A stretch of DNA of 63,990 bases, counting the filler, from Octopus bimaculoides (Eukaryota), in the NCBI RefSeq assembly GCF_001194135.2. It is 6 parts of 5 records of this genome, joined end to end, with 100 filler letters (N's around TTAATTAATTAA, not from the genome) between each part and the next. Parts side by side here need not be neighbours in the genome. Positions count along the whole stretch, not along the records: positions 38,388 to 53,436 come from NC_069005.1; positions 53,537 to 58,747 come from NC_069010.1; positions 58,848 to 61,860 come from NC_068984.1; 3 more parts are not named here. One strand, written 5' to 3'. The position numbers and the translations under genes are program-made. How positions within the stretch are numbered: the stretch's first letter is position 1; each line of letters begins with the position of its first letter. Shown here piece after piece: positions 50,301 through 61,860 of this stretch. The notes beneath the pieces were generated by a model that was not told the DNA's origin, made no database searches, and saw only the letters and a program-made list of their open reading frames with translations.

Positions 50301-52990
50301 TACCTAAATAAGTACGCACGAATGAACAAACGAACGTACATACGTACCTACGAACGAACGAAAGAATGAACAAACAAACGTACGTACGTACGATCGAGCG
50401 AACAAAGGAACGTGCGTACATACGTCCGTACGTACGAACGAACGAACGTACGAACGAACAAAAGAACGAACGAGCAAAAGAACGAACGGACGTACGTACG
50501 TACGTAGTATGTACATTAGAATGAACAAACAAACGAACGTACGCACTTGCGAACGAAAGAAAGATCGAACGAACAAACAAACGAACGTGCGTACGAACGA
50601 ACGTACGTAGGAACAATCGAACAAACAAACGACCGTACGTACGAACGGCTGAACGAACAAAATTAAGGAACGAACGTACATTGTACAAATAAACGAACGT
50701 TCGAACGAACGAACGTACGTAAGTACAATCGATCGAACGAAAGAACGAACTAACGAATGAACGTACGTACTTAGGGACTTACGACCGAACGAACGAATGA
50801 ACGAACGTACGTACGTACGTATGTATGTACGTAAGCACAAACTAACGAAAGCACGTACGTACCTACGTACGATCGANNNNNNNNNNNNNNNNNNNNNNNN
50901 NNNNNNNNNNNNNNNNNNNNNNNNNNNNNNNNNNNNNNNNNNNNNNNNNNNNNNNNNNNNNNNNNNNNNNNNNNNNNNNNNNNNNNNNNNNNNNNNNNNN
51001 NNNNNNNNNNNNNNNNNNNNNNNNNNNNNNNNNNNNNNNNNNNNNNNNNNNNNNNNNNNNNNNNNNNNNNNNNNNNNNNNNNNNNNNNNNNNNNNNNNNN
51101 NNNNNNNNNNNNNNNNNNNNNNNNNNNNNNNNNNNNNNNNNNNNNNNNNNNNNNNNNNNNNNNNNNNNNNNNNNNNNNNNNNNNNNNNNNNNNNNNNNNN
51201 NNNNNNNNNNNNNNNNNNNNNNNNNNNNNNNNNNNNNNNNNNNNNNNNNNNNNNNNNNNNNNNNNNNNNNNNNNNNNNNNNNNNNNNNNNNNNNNNNNNN
51301 NNNNNNNNNNNNNNNNNNNNNNNNNNNNNNNNNNNNNNNNNNNNNNNNNNNNNNNNNNNNNNNNNNNNNNNNNNNNNNNNNNNNNNNNNNNNNNNNNNNN
51401 NNNNNNNNNNNNNNNNNNNNNNNNNNNNNNNNNNNNNNNNNNNNNNNNNNNNNNNNNNNNNNNNNNNNNNNNNNNNNNNNNNNNNNNNNNNNNNNNNNNN
51501 NNNNNNNNNNNNNNNNNNNNNNNNNNNNNNNNNNNNNNNNNNNNNNNNNNNNNNNNNNNNNNNNNNNNNNNNNNNNGAACATACTTACGTACGTACGTAA
51601 TTACGTTCCTTTGTTCGTACTTACGCAAGTACGTACGTACGTTCTTTCCTTTGTTCGTTCGTTCGATCGCTCGTTCGATCGTTCGTTCGCTCGCTCGTAC
51701 GTACCTTCGTTCAATCTTTCGTTCGTACGTTCGTTCGTACGTACGTACTTTCGTTCGTTCTTTTGTTAATTCGAACGTACGTAAGTACGAACGAACGAAA
51801 GTACTTATGTACGTACGAACGAACGTACGTGCGTACGAACGAAAGAAAGAACAAACGAACGAAAGATCGAAATAAAAGAAAGAACGAACGTACATACGTA
51901 TGTAAATACGTACGAACGAACGAAAGAAAGAGCTTACGTTCGAACGAACGAAAGAACTTACGTTCGAACGAACGAAACAATTAACGAACAAACGTACGTA
52001 CGAACGAACCGACGAACGATCGTACGTACGTATCTACGAATGAACGACCGAACGCTCAATGGAACGTACGTATGTACGTACGGACGAAGAAAAAAAGATC
52101 GAACGAACGAAGGTACGTACATACGTACGTACGAACGACTGAACGAACGAACGTACGTACGTATTACGTGCGTATGCACGTACGTACGACATGCGTACGT
52201 ACGTTCATACGTAATAAGGAACGAACGTAGGAACGTAAGTACGTACAAACGATCGAACGTACGAACGCTCGAACGTACGTACGTACGAACGAACGAACGT
52301 ACAAACGAACGATCGTACGTACCTAAGTAAGTACGCACGAATGAACAAACGAACATACGTACGTACCTACAAACGAACGAACGAACGTACGTCCGAACGA
52401 ACAAAAGAACGAACGTACGCACTTGCGAACGAAAGAAAGATCGAACGAACAAACGAACGTACGTACGAACGAACGAACGTACGTATATACATCCGTACGT
52501 GGAAACGAGCGAACGAATGTACGTACGTACGAACGAATGAACTAACGTATGTACGTACGTACGAACGACTGAACGTACGAAATTAAGGAACGAACGAACT
52601 AACGAATGAAAGTTCGTACATACGTACGTAGTAACGAACGAACGAATGACCGAACGAACGTACGTACGTAAAAATCAACGAACGAATGAAAGAACGTACG
52701 TACGTACGAACGAACGAAAGAATTAACGAACGAACGATAGAACAAACGATTTAACGAACAATCGTAGGTACATACGTACGAACGAACGAACAACCGTAAG
52801 TACGAAGGAAGAAACGAGCGAATGAACGAACGTACGTACGTAGGAACGAACGAACAAACGAAAGAAGGGACGAACGATGGAACGAACGAACGAAGGAACA
52901 AAAGAACGAACGAAAGTACGTACGAACAAACGAACGAACGAAGGTACGTACGAGCGAACGAACGAAAGAAAGAACGTACGTAATTACGTT
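38388..52990. repeat. Giant CpG-rich complex satellite built from TACG/TTCG (CGTA/CGAA) tetramers with higher-order and inverted structure
   Basis: Directly visible over ~14.6 kb including internal N gaps. The TTCG strand dominates 38388-43718 and the CGAA strand dominates 43819-52990. Recurrent landmark words and a 16-mer sub-array (tacgtaagtacgttcg) occur at ~39720-39790, 39985-40115 and 43050-43140. All YVRT/FVRS/NERT ORFs derive from it. Confidence 0.97.
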
Positions 52991-53059
52991 CGTACTACCT
53001 ATATATCTATAAATATATATAAATATATGTATATATATATATTTATATAGGAGGGGAAA

Positions 53060-53436
53060 ATATGCCCTATTCATATACGAGGTAGCAGGACGGAGGCCAA
53101 GAACTACAGACCAATCTCTCTCACCTTACACCTCAGCAAGGTCATGGAATGAATAGTCAGAAGAAAACTAATCGCCTTCCTTGAAGAAAATGACTTGCTG
53201 CCTGACACCCAACATGGTTTCCGACCCTGAAGAAGCTGTCTGACTCAGCTCTTACCACACTATGACTGGGTGCTGAAACAGCTACTTAACCACTCAAATG
53301 TGGAAGTGATATATCTCGACTTTGCAAAGGCCTTTGATAAAGTCGATCATGGAATGATATGTCACAAACTGCGTGATCTCGGCGTAGTTGGAAAATTGGG
53401 AGAATGGCTTCATGACTTTCTGAAGGATAGAAGTCA
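53060..53436 (+). pseudogene. CR1/L2/Jockey-group LINE reverse transcriptase fragment (N-terminal RT domains), inactivated
   Basis: One frame reads PIHIRGSRTEAKNYRPISLTLHLSKVME*IVRRKLIAFLEENDLLPDTQHGFRP*RSCLTQLL...VIYLDFAKAFDKVDHGMICHKL...WLHDFLKDRS, with two in-frame stops. It ends at a spacer gap. Confidence 0.9.
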
Positions 53437-54143
53437 NNNNNNNNNNNNNNNNNNNNNNNNNNNNNNNNNNNNNNNNNNNNTTAATTAATTAANNNNNNNN
53501 NNNNNNNNNNNNNNNNNNNNNNNNNNNNNNNNNNNNTTCGAGCGTGGCTGTTTTCGTGCGGGTGACATGTAAAAGCACCCACTACACTCTCTGAGTGGTT
53601 GGCGTTAGGAAGGGCATCCAGCTGTAGAAACTCTGCCAGATTTAGATTGGAGCCTGGTGTTGCCATCCGGTTTCACCAGTCCTCAGTCAAATCGTCCAAC
53701 CCATGCTAGCATGGAAAGCGGACGTTAAACGATGATGATGATGATGATGATGATGATATAGCCATGTGTTGAGAGGAATTCTTTGGGGTTTAGATAATTC
53801 TCCTCTGGAAACATGGGTGCTTTGTTCATCATCCTTATACAACCCTTATGCAAGGACCTTTTGAGCAGGATGGGCTACTTGACCTGAAGAAAATTCTAAC
53901 AGGGCCCCCACCTGCGAGGTCGTGCTCTGTTTATCTTGATATGAGATCACCATGTCGCACACATATGTTTGTGATGCATATGCATGCTGATGTAACCCTT
54001 ATCAGGCGGGGTAGTCATCATGGGCTTATTGGCCTTCACGTATTTGTACCCCGGGGTCACCTTGATGGCATACGCTGCTCTCTCACTCAACAGCAATAGT
54101 AGTAGTAGTAGTAGTAGTAACAGCAGCATCAACGCTGATGTTC

Positions 54144-54174
<31 letters not shown>

Positions 54175-54449
54175 ATCTTTAAGCATGTCTGTGGGATGGT
54201 TCTTTATCAGTTTCAGGAGCTATATAGTTATACGGGTGTGTGTCATTGATGGGTGGGAGTAGGGTGGGGGGGAGAGGATGCTGATGAGGAGGAAGAAGAA
54301 AACAAAGAAAAGAAAAACAAAAAAAGAGGAAGACATAAATAAAGAGAAATATATTTGTAGAGTGCAAGAAAGTCAATAGCTATCGATTGGTTTGTCTGTC
54401 TGCCTACACCGGCCACCCCAATCTCTCTCATATATATATATACAGGTAT

Positions 54450-54770
54450 AGTCATGTGGCAACACGCTTGCTTCCCAACCACATGGTTCTGGGGGTTCGG
54501 CCTCTTTGCCGAACCGCTAAGTTACGGGAGGGACGTAAACACACCAACATCGGTTGTCAAGCGATGGTGGGGAGGACGAATACAGACACAAATACATACA
54601 TACATACATACAGGCTTCTTTCAGTTTCCATCTACGAAATCCACTCGCAAGACTGGTCAGCCCGAAGCTACACTAGGAGACACTTGCCCAAGGTGCCATG
54701 CAGTGGGATTGAACCTGGAACCCTGCAGTTGGGAAGAAAGCTTCTTACCACACAGCTACTCCTGCGCCTG
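54450..54770 (-). mobile_element. Family-B composite SINE
   Basis: The minus-strand head is ggcgcaggagtagctgtgtggtaagaagc...ggttcaatcccactgc.ggcaccttgggcaagtgtct, followed by a CA-rich spacer and the gtttacgtcc...taacttagcggttcggcaaaaga tail. Other copies lie at 58398-58747(-), 63600-63848(-), 34545-34710(-), 26335-26447(-), 26770-26855(-) and 19575-19690(-). Confidence 0.85.
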
Positions 54771-55270
54771 ATTGATTTTATGTCCATTTTTCCATACCAG
54801 CATGGGTTAGATGATAACCTTATTAAGGCATTTCTTAACAGGTGGAAACTCTTTTTGTCACTTACCCTAACCTATTTTCCAACTAAGGGATCTCATATTT
54901 CCACAGGGCCTCGAAGGCAAGAAGTTAGAAGATAACTAATCAACAGGTGAAGCAACACCTGTAGATCAGTAATTTCAGGAGACGCTTGAAATAAACACAC
55001 ACACACACACTGACAGTGGGCTTCCTTCAGTTGCTATTCCTGAGGTGATATCGAGGAGAGGATGCGGAAAACAACCTGCCCGAGGTAGCGTGCAGGGGGA
55101 GTGAACTTGAAACTTGTATTAACGTGAAGTGAAGTTCTCAACCAAACAGCACAGGTACCATTCCTGCACAAAACACGAACCATTCTAGATCAAGAGGCAC
55201 ACAAAAGTATTTAACCTATCTCAGCCTCCCACACACCCTCTCGTTTCAGTGTGTGGGCATGTGTGTGCAC

Positions 55271-55314
<44 letters not shown>

Positions 55315-55934
55315 NNNNNNNNNNNNNNNNNNNNNNNNNNNNNNNNNNNNNNNNNNNNNNNNNNNNNNNNNNNNNNNNNNNNNNNNNNNNNNNNNNNNNN
55401 NNNNNNNNNNNNNNNNNNNNNNNNNNNNNNNNNNNNNNNNNNNNNNNNNNNNNNNNNNNNNNNNNNNNNNNNNNNNNNNNNNNNNNNNNNNNNNNNNNNN
55501 NNNNNNNNNNNNNNNNNNNNNNNNNNNNNNNNNNNNNNNNNNNNNNNNNNNNNNNNNNNNNNNNNNNNNNNNNNNNNNNNNNNNNNNNNNNNNNNNNNNN
55601 NNNNNNNNNNNNNNNNNNNNNNNNNNNNNNNNNNNNNNNNNNNNNNNNNNNNNNNNNNNNNNNNNNNNNNNNNNNNNNNNNNNNNNNNNNNNNNNNNNNN
55701 NNNNNNNNNNNNNNNNNNNNNNNNNNNNNNNTATATATAAAACAAATAATAAATGAGTATATGCATATATATATATATATATATAATGTACACACACGCT
55801 ATATTACAGCAGCCACTCCATATATCACCAGATTGATATGCATGTATATCTATCAATCTCCCATTTTATATATAAACACACACACACACACACACACACA
55901 TACACATGCACATTTTCTTCAAAAACAACAAGAG

Positions 55935-55965
<31 letters not shown>

Positions 55966-56000
55966 CGTATATGTATATATGAAATATGTCTATATCTGTG

Positions 56001-56037
<37 letters not shown>

Positions 56038-56541
56038 TGCATGTGTGTGTAAGCATATGTGTGTGTGTGTGTGTGCGAGTGCTGCTTGAACAGCGTGTGT
56101 ATATAGACATACAGACATATCAATCTGTTGAAAAATTAATTAGACGAGGTCCTCCTCCGAACATATGTTATTCATTTTGGGTGTGGTGTCTTCAAGGTTC
56201 CTGAAGCTGACTCCATTATGCTTGTTGTTGTTGCTGTTGCGTTTTTTTTTTGTTTTTTGGTTCGGGGAAGAAGGGGGAGGGAGGGGCGCAGAGAAGCTGA
56301 TGGCATCAATAGTAGTAGTAGTAGTAGCAGTAGTAACAACAACAAAAAGTGGTAGGAGAAGAATTTTCACAGCATCCCACCATTTTTACAAAGACACAGG
56401 GAATGATCCACACACACACACACACACACAATTAATGATACACATTCAATCACATAAAGAAAGATGCTGGTACACACACACACACACACACACAACATTA
56501 TTATACACACATGCGCATATTGTCTAAACGCACATAATCAA

Positions 56542-56573
<32 letters not shown>

Positions 56574-56783
56574 TCACAGCATTATTACATATACACATAT
56601 ACAGCATTATTATATATAAACACACATATATTGTACACACAGACACACACACGCATTGTATAAATACACACATATACACATACATTGTTATATACACAAC
56701 ACTGTCATATATAAACACACATATTCTGTACACACACGTTACATACACACAAATGACATTAATATATGTACACACACACACAT

Positions 56784-56823
<40 letters not shown>

Positions 56824-56914
56824 CACACACACACAGAGCATTATTATATACATATACTGACACACAAGAAGCTGGTGTTGAACATTTCCCAAAGATTAAT
56901 CACTTCAGAATAAG

Positions 56915-56954
<40 letters not shown>

Positions 56955-58120
56955 GAGAGGTAGAATGAGAGACGAAGAGTAAGAGAGAGAGAGAGAGNNN
57001 NNNNNNNNNNNNNNNNNNNNNNNNNNNNNNNNNNNNNNNNNNNNNNNNNNNNNNNNNNNNNNNNNNNNNNNNNNNNNNNNNNNNNNNNNNNNNNNNNNNN
57101 NNNNNNNNNNNNNNNNNNNNNNNNNNNNNNNNNNNNNNNNNNNNNNNNNNNNNNNNNNNNNNNNNNNNNNNNNNNNNNNNNNNNNNNNNNNNNNNNNNNN
57201 NNNNNNNNNNNNNNNNNNNNNNNNNNNNNNNNNNNNNNNNNNNNNNNNNNNNNNNNNNNNNNNNNNNNNNNNNNNNNNNNNNNNNNNNNNNNNNNNNNNN
57301 NNNNNNNNNNNNNNNNNNNNNNNNNNNNNNNNNNNNNNNNNNNNNNNNNNNNNNNNNNNNNNNNNNNNNNNNNNNNNNNNNNNNNNNNNNNNNNNNNNNN
57401 NNNNNNNNNNNNNNNNNNNNNNNNNNNNNNNNNNNNNNNNNNNNNNNNNNNNNNNNNNNNNNNNNNNNNNNNNNNNNNNNNNNNNNNNNNNNNNNNNNNN
57501 NNNNNNNNNNNNNNNNNNNNNNNNNNNNNNNNNNNNNNNNNNNNNNNNNNNNNNNNNNNNNNNNNNNNNNNNNNNNNNNNNNNNNNNNNNNNNNNNNNNN
57601 NNNNNNNNNNNNNNNNNNNNNNNNNNNNNNNNNNNNNNTCTCTCTCTGTGATTCTTAAATTCTATGGTTTCCTATTTTTCTTTGTCTCTTTCTCCATTTA
57701 CTTTCATCTTTCTTACCCACCTCCACTGCCACCACCATCTCAGTATTCCACTTTATCAGACACCCTCCCACCACCATCACCACACACACACACCTATCTA
57801 TATAAGTTTTAAACTATGTCTCCTGCTCAAACTTTCTAAATACAGAACTTTTGTTTCTTTTTTTCATCATTATTATTATTATTATTATTATTCTAAAGAT
57901 GATACATATCAGTTGGGGTGGCTTTAGTGGAGAAATAAAAATCACAGTTACCAGGGTAAAGAGAATAGGGGTGGAGAGAGAAGGAGAGAGCAACATGGCA
58001 AAGCAACAGAGACAGCAGGAAGAGAATGGAAGAATTAATAAAAACCATACATGTGCGCAGAAGTTAGTGTGTATATGTGTGTGTGTGTGTGACACATGTA
58101 TATCTGTTTGTGTAAATATT

Positions 58121-58390
58121 TAGGCACAAAAGGCATCATATGCAGAGAAAGGTTAAGCACAAGAGGCATTATGAGGAGAAAAGTTAGGCACAAGAGGCAT
58201 TATGAGGAGAAAAGTTAGGCACAAGAGGCATTATGAGGAGAAAAGTTAGGCACAAGAGGCATTATGAGGAGAAAAGTTAGGCACAATAGGCATTATGAGG
58301 AGAAAAGTTAGGCACAAGAGGCATTATGAGGAGAAAAGTTAGGCAGAAGACGCATTATATATGGAGGAAAGTTAGGCACAAGATGCACTA
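58121..58390. repeat. 31-bp minisatellite, ~9 copies
   Basis: The unit ggcacaagaggcattatgaggagaaaagtta starts at 58187, 58218, 58249, 58280, 58311 and 58342 (period 31), with diverged copies at both ends. Confidence 0.95.
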
Positions 58391-59618
58391 TATCTCTCTT
58401 TATTCTTTTACTTGTTTCAGTCATTTGACTGTGGCCGTGCTGGAGCACCGCCTTTAGTCAAGCAAATCGACCCCAGGACTTATTCTTTGTAAGCCTACTA
58501 CTTATTCTATCGGACACTTTTTGCCAAGCCGCTAAGTGACGGGGACGTAAACACACCAGCATCGGTTGTCAAGCGATGTTGGGGGAGACACACACATACA
58601 TATATACGACAGGCTTCTTTCAGTTTCCGTCTACCAAATCCACTCACAAGGCTTTGGTCGGCCCGAGGCTATAGTAGAAGACACTTGCTCAAGGTGCCAT
58701 GCAGTGGGACTGAACCCAGAACCATGTGGTTGGTAAGCAAGCTGCTTNNNNNNNNNNNNNNNNNNNNNNNNNNNNNNNNNNNNNNNNNNNNTTAATTAAT
58801 TAANNNNNNNNNNNNNNNNNNNNNNNNNNNNNNNNNNNNNNNNNNNNATATATATATATATATATATACGTTTGTGTGCTGTGTTTGTGCGTGGTTAATT
58901 TTTTATATAATATTCCTATGCATACACAGATACACACACAAACACACGTTTATTTTTTTTTATATTTATCTGTACATAAATACATAATTTTTGTTATCTT
59001 CAGTTTAGCTCGTTTCACTGCTATCGATTGAGGTAGTATTTCTATGAAGTAGTAATATATTTGCTACGTTGTAGCACACAAACTATCGTTAACCAATAAA
59101 GAACAGACACGTTGAAGTGAGCCTGGCAAAATTCCGAAATATTTGCAACTAGAGAACAAACCAATTATCTATTCACATTAATAGCTGATTCGAGACTATC
59201 TGCCCCTGTTCTCCTTAATATTTAATTCTCATCCCGATAGACTGAGCCTATCTAAATCTCTTGATACAGCAACATACATGATGATACAACATCAAATATG
59301 ATGAAGTACTGCACATCATATAATACATCGCAGGCCCCGTTAGCTGCAGAGCGTATTCCTTATCAATTCGTTTATGACTGTGTTAAATAGTATACAAGTT
59401 TGCAGACACTAACTGTAAAATTAATTTATTAGTATTCAATAGACGCAGTCATGGCTGTGTGCTTAAAGAGCTCGCTTTGCAACCGTGTGGTTTCCGGTTC
59501 TTTCTCAGCATTAAGGAAATGTTTTCATAGCGTTTGATCTTCGACAGGCTATACCGTACAGAAACAGTGAATTTGATAGACGGAAACTGTGTGGAACTCA
59601 TCGTGCATTTTCTATGTA

Positions 59619-59914
59619 CAGGGTGGAACATAAAGATCTTCCAAATTGTGAATGAATATAAAGAGAGAACACAACCATCCGGGAAAAAAATTATTGGTTC
59701 TGAAAAGTAAATAGTGGTCGTGTGGTAAGTAGCTTGCTTGCCAACTAAATGGTTCCGGTTTCATTCCTACTGCGTGGTACCTTGGGCAAAGTGTCTTTTA
59801 CTATAGCCTCGAGCCGACCATATATATATATATATATATATATANNNNNNNNNNNNNNNNNNNNNNNNNNNNNNNNNNNNNNNNNNNNNNNNNNNNNNNN
59901 NNNNNNNNNNNNNN

Positions 59915-59951
<37 letters not shown>

Positions 59952-60552
59952 TGCATATGTGTGTGTATATTTGTGTGTCTGTGTTTGTCCCCAACATCGC
60001 TTGACAACCGATGCTGGTGTGTTTACGTCCCCGTAACTTAGCGGTTCATCAAAAATAACCGATAGAATAAGTACTATGCTTACAAAGAATAAGTCCTGGG
60101 GTCGATTTGCTCGAAAAAAGGCGGTGCTCCAGCATGGCCACAATCAAATGACTGAAACATTGATGCAGTCGTTCCCGAATGTTCTTTATACCTCTCTGTG
60201 CAATTTCAGGTGGTATTGTGTTGATTCCCTCACGAATCCTTTCTTTCAGATCTACAAGAGTTCGAGAACGATGTCTGAAAACTTTTTCCTTTAGGTAACC
60301 CCAAAGGAAAAAAAAAGTCACAAGGGCTTAAATCTGGTGACCTTGCCGGCCACCCTGAAAGTCTTTAAGTAATCAATGATGAATACGAAAATGGTAGATC
60401 CTAAAAAGAGAAAGAAGTTCTTGAGTAATTAATAATGAATACAAAAGCGGTAGATATTAGCCTCCCAAATGAAATTCGTCCCACTTCTCTGCTTCTTCTT
60501 ACGTCCATACGGTGTCTCCTCCAAATGTGGAAGATCTTTATGGCCCACTCTG
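59619..60552 (-). mobile_element. Internally deleted Tc1/mariner element, TA TSD, carrying a nested family-B SINE (~59710-60160)
   Basis: TA|cagggtggaacataaagatcttcc ... ggaagatctttatggcccactctg|TA matches at 21/24. Minus-strand 60348-60166 encodes WPARSPDLSPCDFF/FLWGYLKEKVFRHRSRTLVDLKERIREGINTIPPEIAQRGIKNIRERLHQC, a Tc1/mariner transposase C-terminus with the third catalytic Asp region. Confidence 0.9.
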
Positions 60553-61815
60553 TATATATCTATTTATATGTATCTTTCAGCCTATGTTTCTCGTCGCCTC
60601 CCCCTACTATCATCACTTGACAAAGGGTGTTGGTTTGTTTACATCACCGTAACATGTCTGTTCGGCAAAATAAAAAGATCGACTAAATTCGAGTTTCCCA
60701 AAAACCAGCAAAATCATAAGTATTGGAGTCGATTTATTCGACTAAATCCTTGAAGAGAGTGCCCCAGCATGGACGCAGACCAATGAGTGAAACAAGTAGA
60801 AGACATATCAATATAAGTCGGCTGATATTCCAAAAAAGGTTTATTTCTCAGCATTAAGGAAATGTTTTCATAGCGTTTGATCTTCGACAGGCTATACCGT
60901 ACAGAAACAATATGGCGCTTAGCATCATCAGGATTAAATTAAGCGCTACGTAGGAGCTTTCTTGGGAAGTATGATGTATGACAAAAAGAAGAAATCTATA
61001 CACAGCAAGCACCAGGGTACGTTTGAAATTTCTTGGTAAGAAATGCAATGCTGCATCGCTGTTAAATGGTAGATTATCCATTTCGTTATTAGCTTAGTCA
61101 TTTGTAAGGCGGCGACCTGGGAGAGTCGTTAGCACGCCGGACGAAATGCTTAGCGGTATTTCGTCTGCCGTTACGTTCTGAGTTCAATTCCGCCGACGTC
61201 CAATTTGCCTTTGATCCTTTCGGAGTCGATGAATTAAGTTCCAGTTGCCTACTGGGTCGATCTAATCGACTGGGCCCCTCCTCAAAAATTTCAGGCCTTG
61301 TGCTAAGAGTTGAAAAGAATCGTTAGCACGCCGGGAGAAAGGATTAGCAGTATTTCGTCTGCTGCTACGTTCCCAGTAAAAATTCTGCCGACATCGACTT
61401 TCCTTTTCATTCTTTCGAGGTCGGTAACAGTTACGTTCAGGGGTCGATGTAATCAACTATTCCTCCACTCCCAAATTTCAGGCCTTGTACCTATAGTAGA
61501 AAGGATTATGTTTAGTCTTTTCTTTATGCTCGCCCAGACAGACGAAGAGTGCCATAAATCAAGTGAAGTTAGGGTGTATTTTTCCATTAATTTTTTTATT
61601 AGAAAAAAATAAAATAACGACATCGCGTCGCAAAGGCGTATGACGAAACAATTTAAGATTAGATATGCCTGCAGTAAGAAAATATAAGCCATCTTAGTGG
61701 GTTAACTATTATGATGGCTAATTTCATCTTGTTGTGACCTTTTCAGGTTTATTTGGCGGATAATTAATCAGAAAAAAAGAGCTCCTATTTTTTTTAATAA
61801 CTTTAAGAATTTATG

Positions 61816-61860
<45 letters not shown>

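Noticed and set aside
38449-52929. About 90 overlapping ORFs rich in YVRT/FVRS/NERT, some over 250 aa
   Set aside because: They are translations of the tetramer satellite, which rarely creates stops. There is no domain structure or splice evidence.
38388-52990. Satellite or 31-bp minisatellite as a CRISPR-like array
   Set aside because: There are no constant repeats separated by unique spacers, no cas genes, and the context is eukaryotic.
54866-54960. Minus-strand segment with good acceptor and AGG|GTAAGT donor
   Set aside because: All three frames contain stops. It could only be a non-coding exon and there is no supporting evidence.
7335-57638. Long ORFs spanning N runs (e.g. 7335-8468, 28447-29193, 50771-51991, 55211-55982)
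   Set aside because: They are open only because N codons are not stops.
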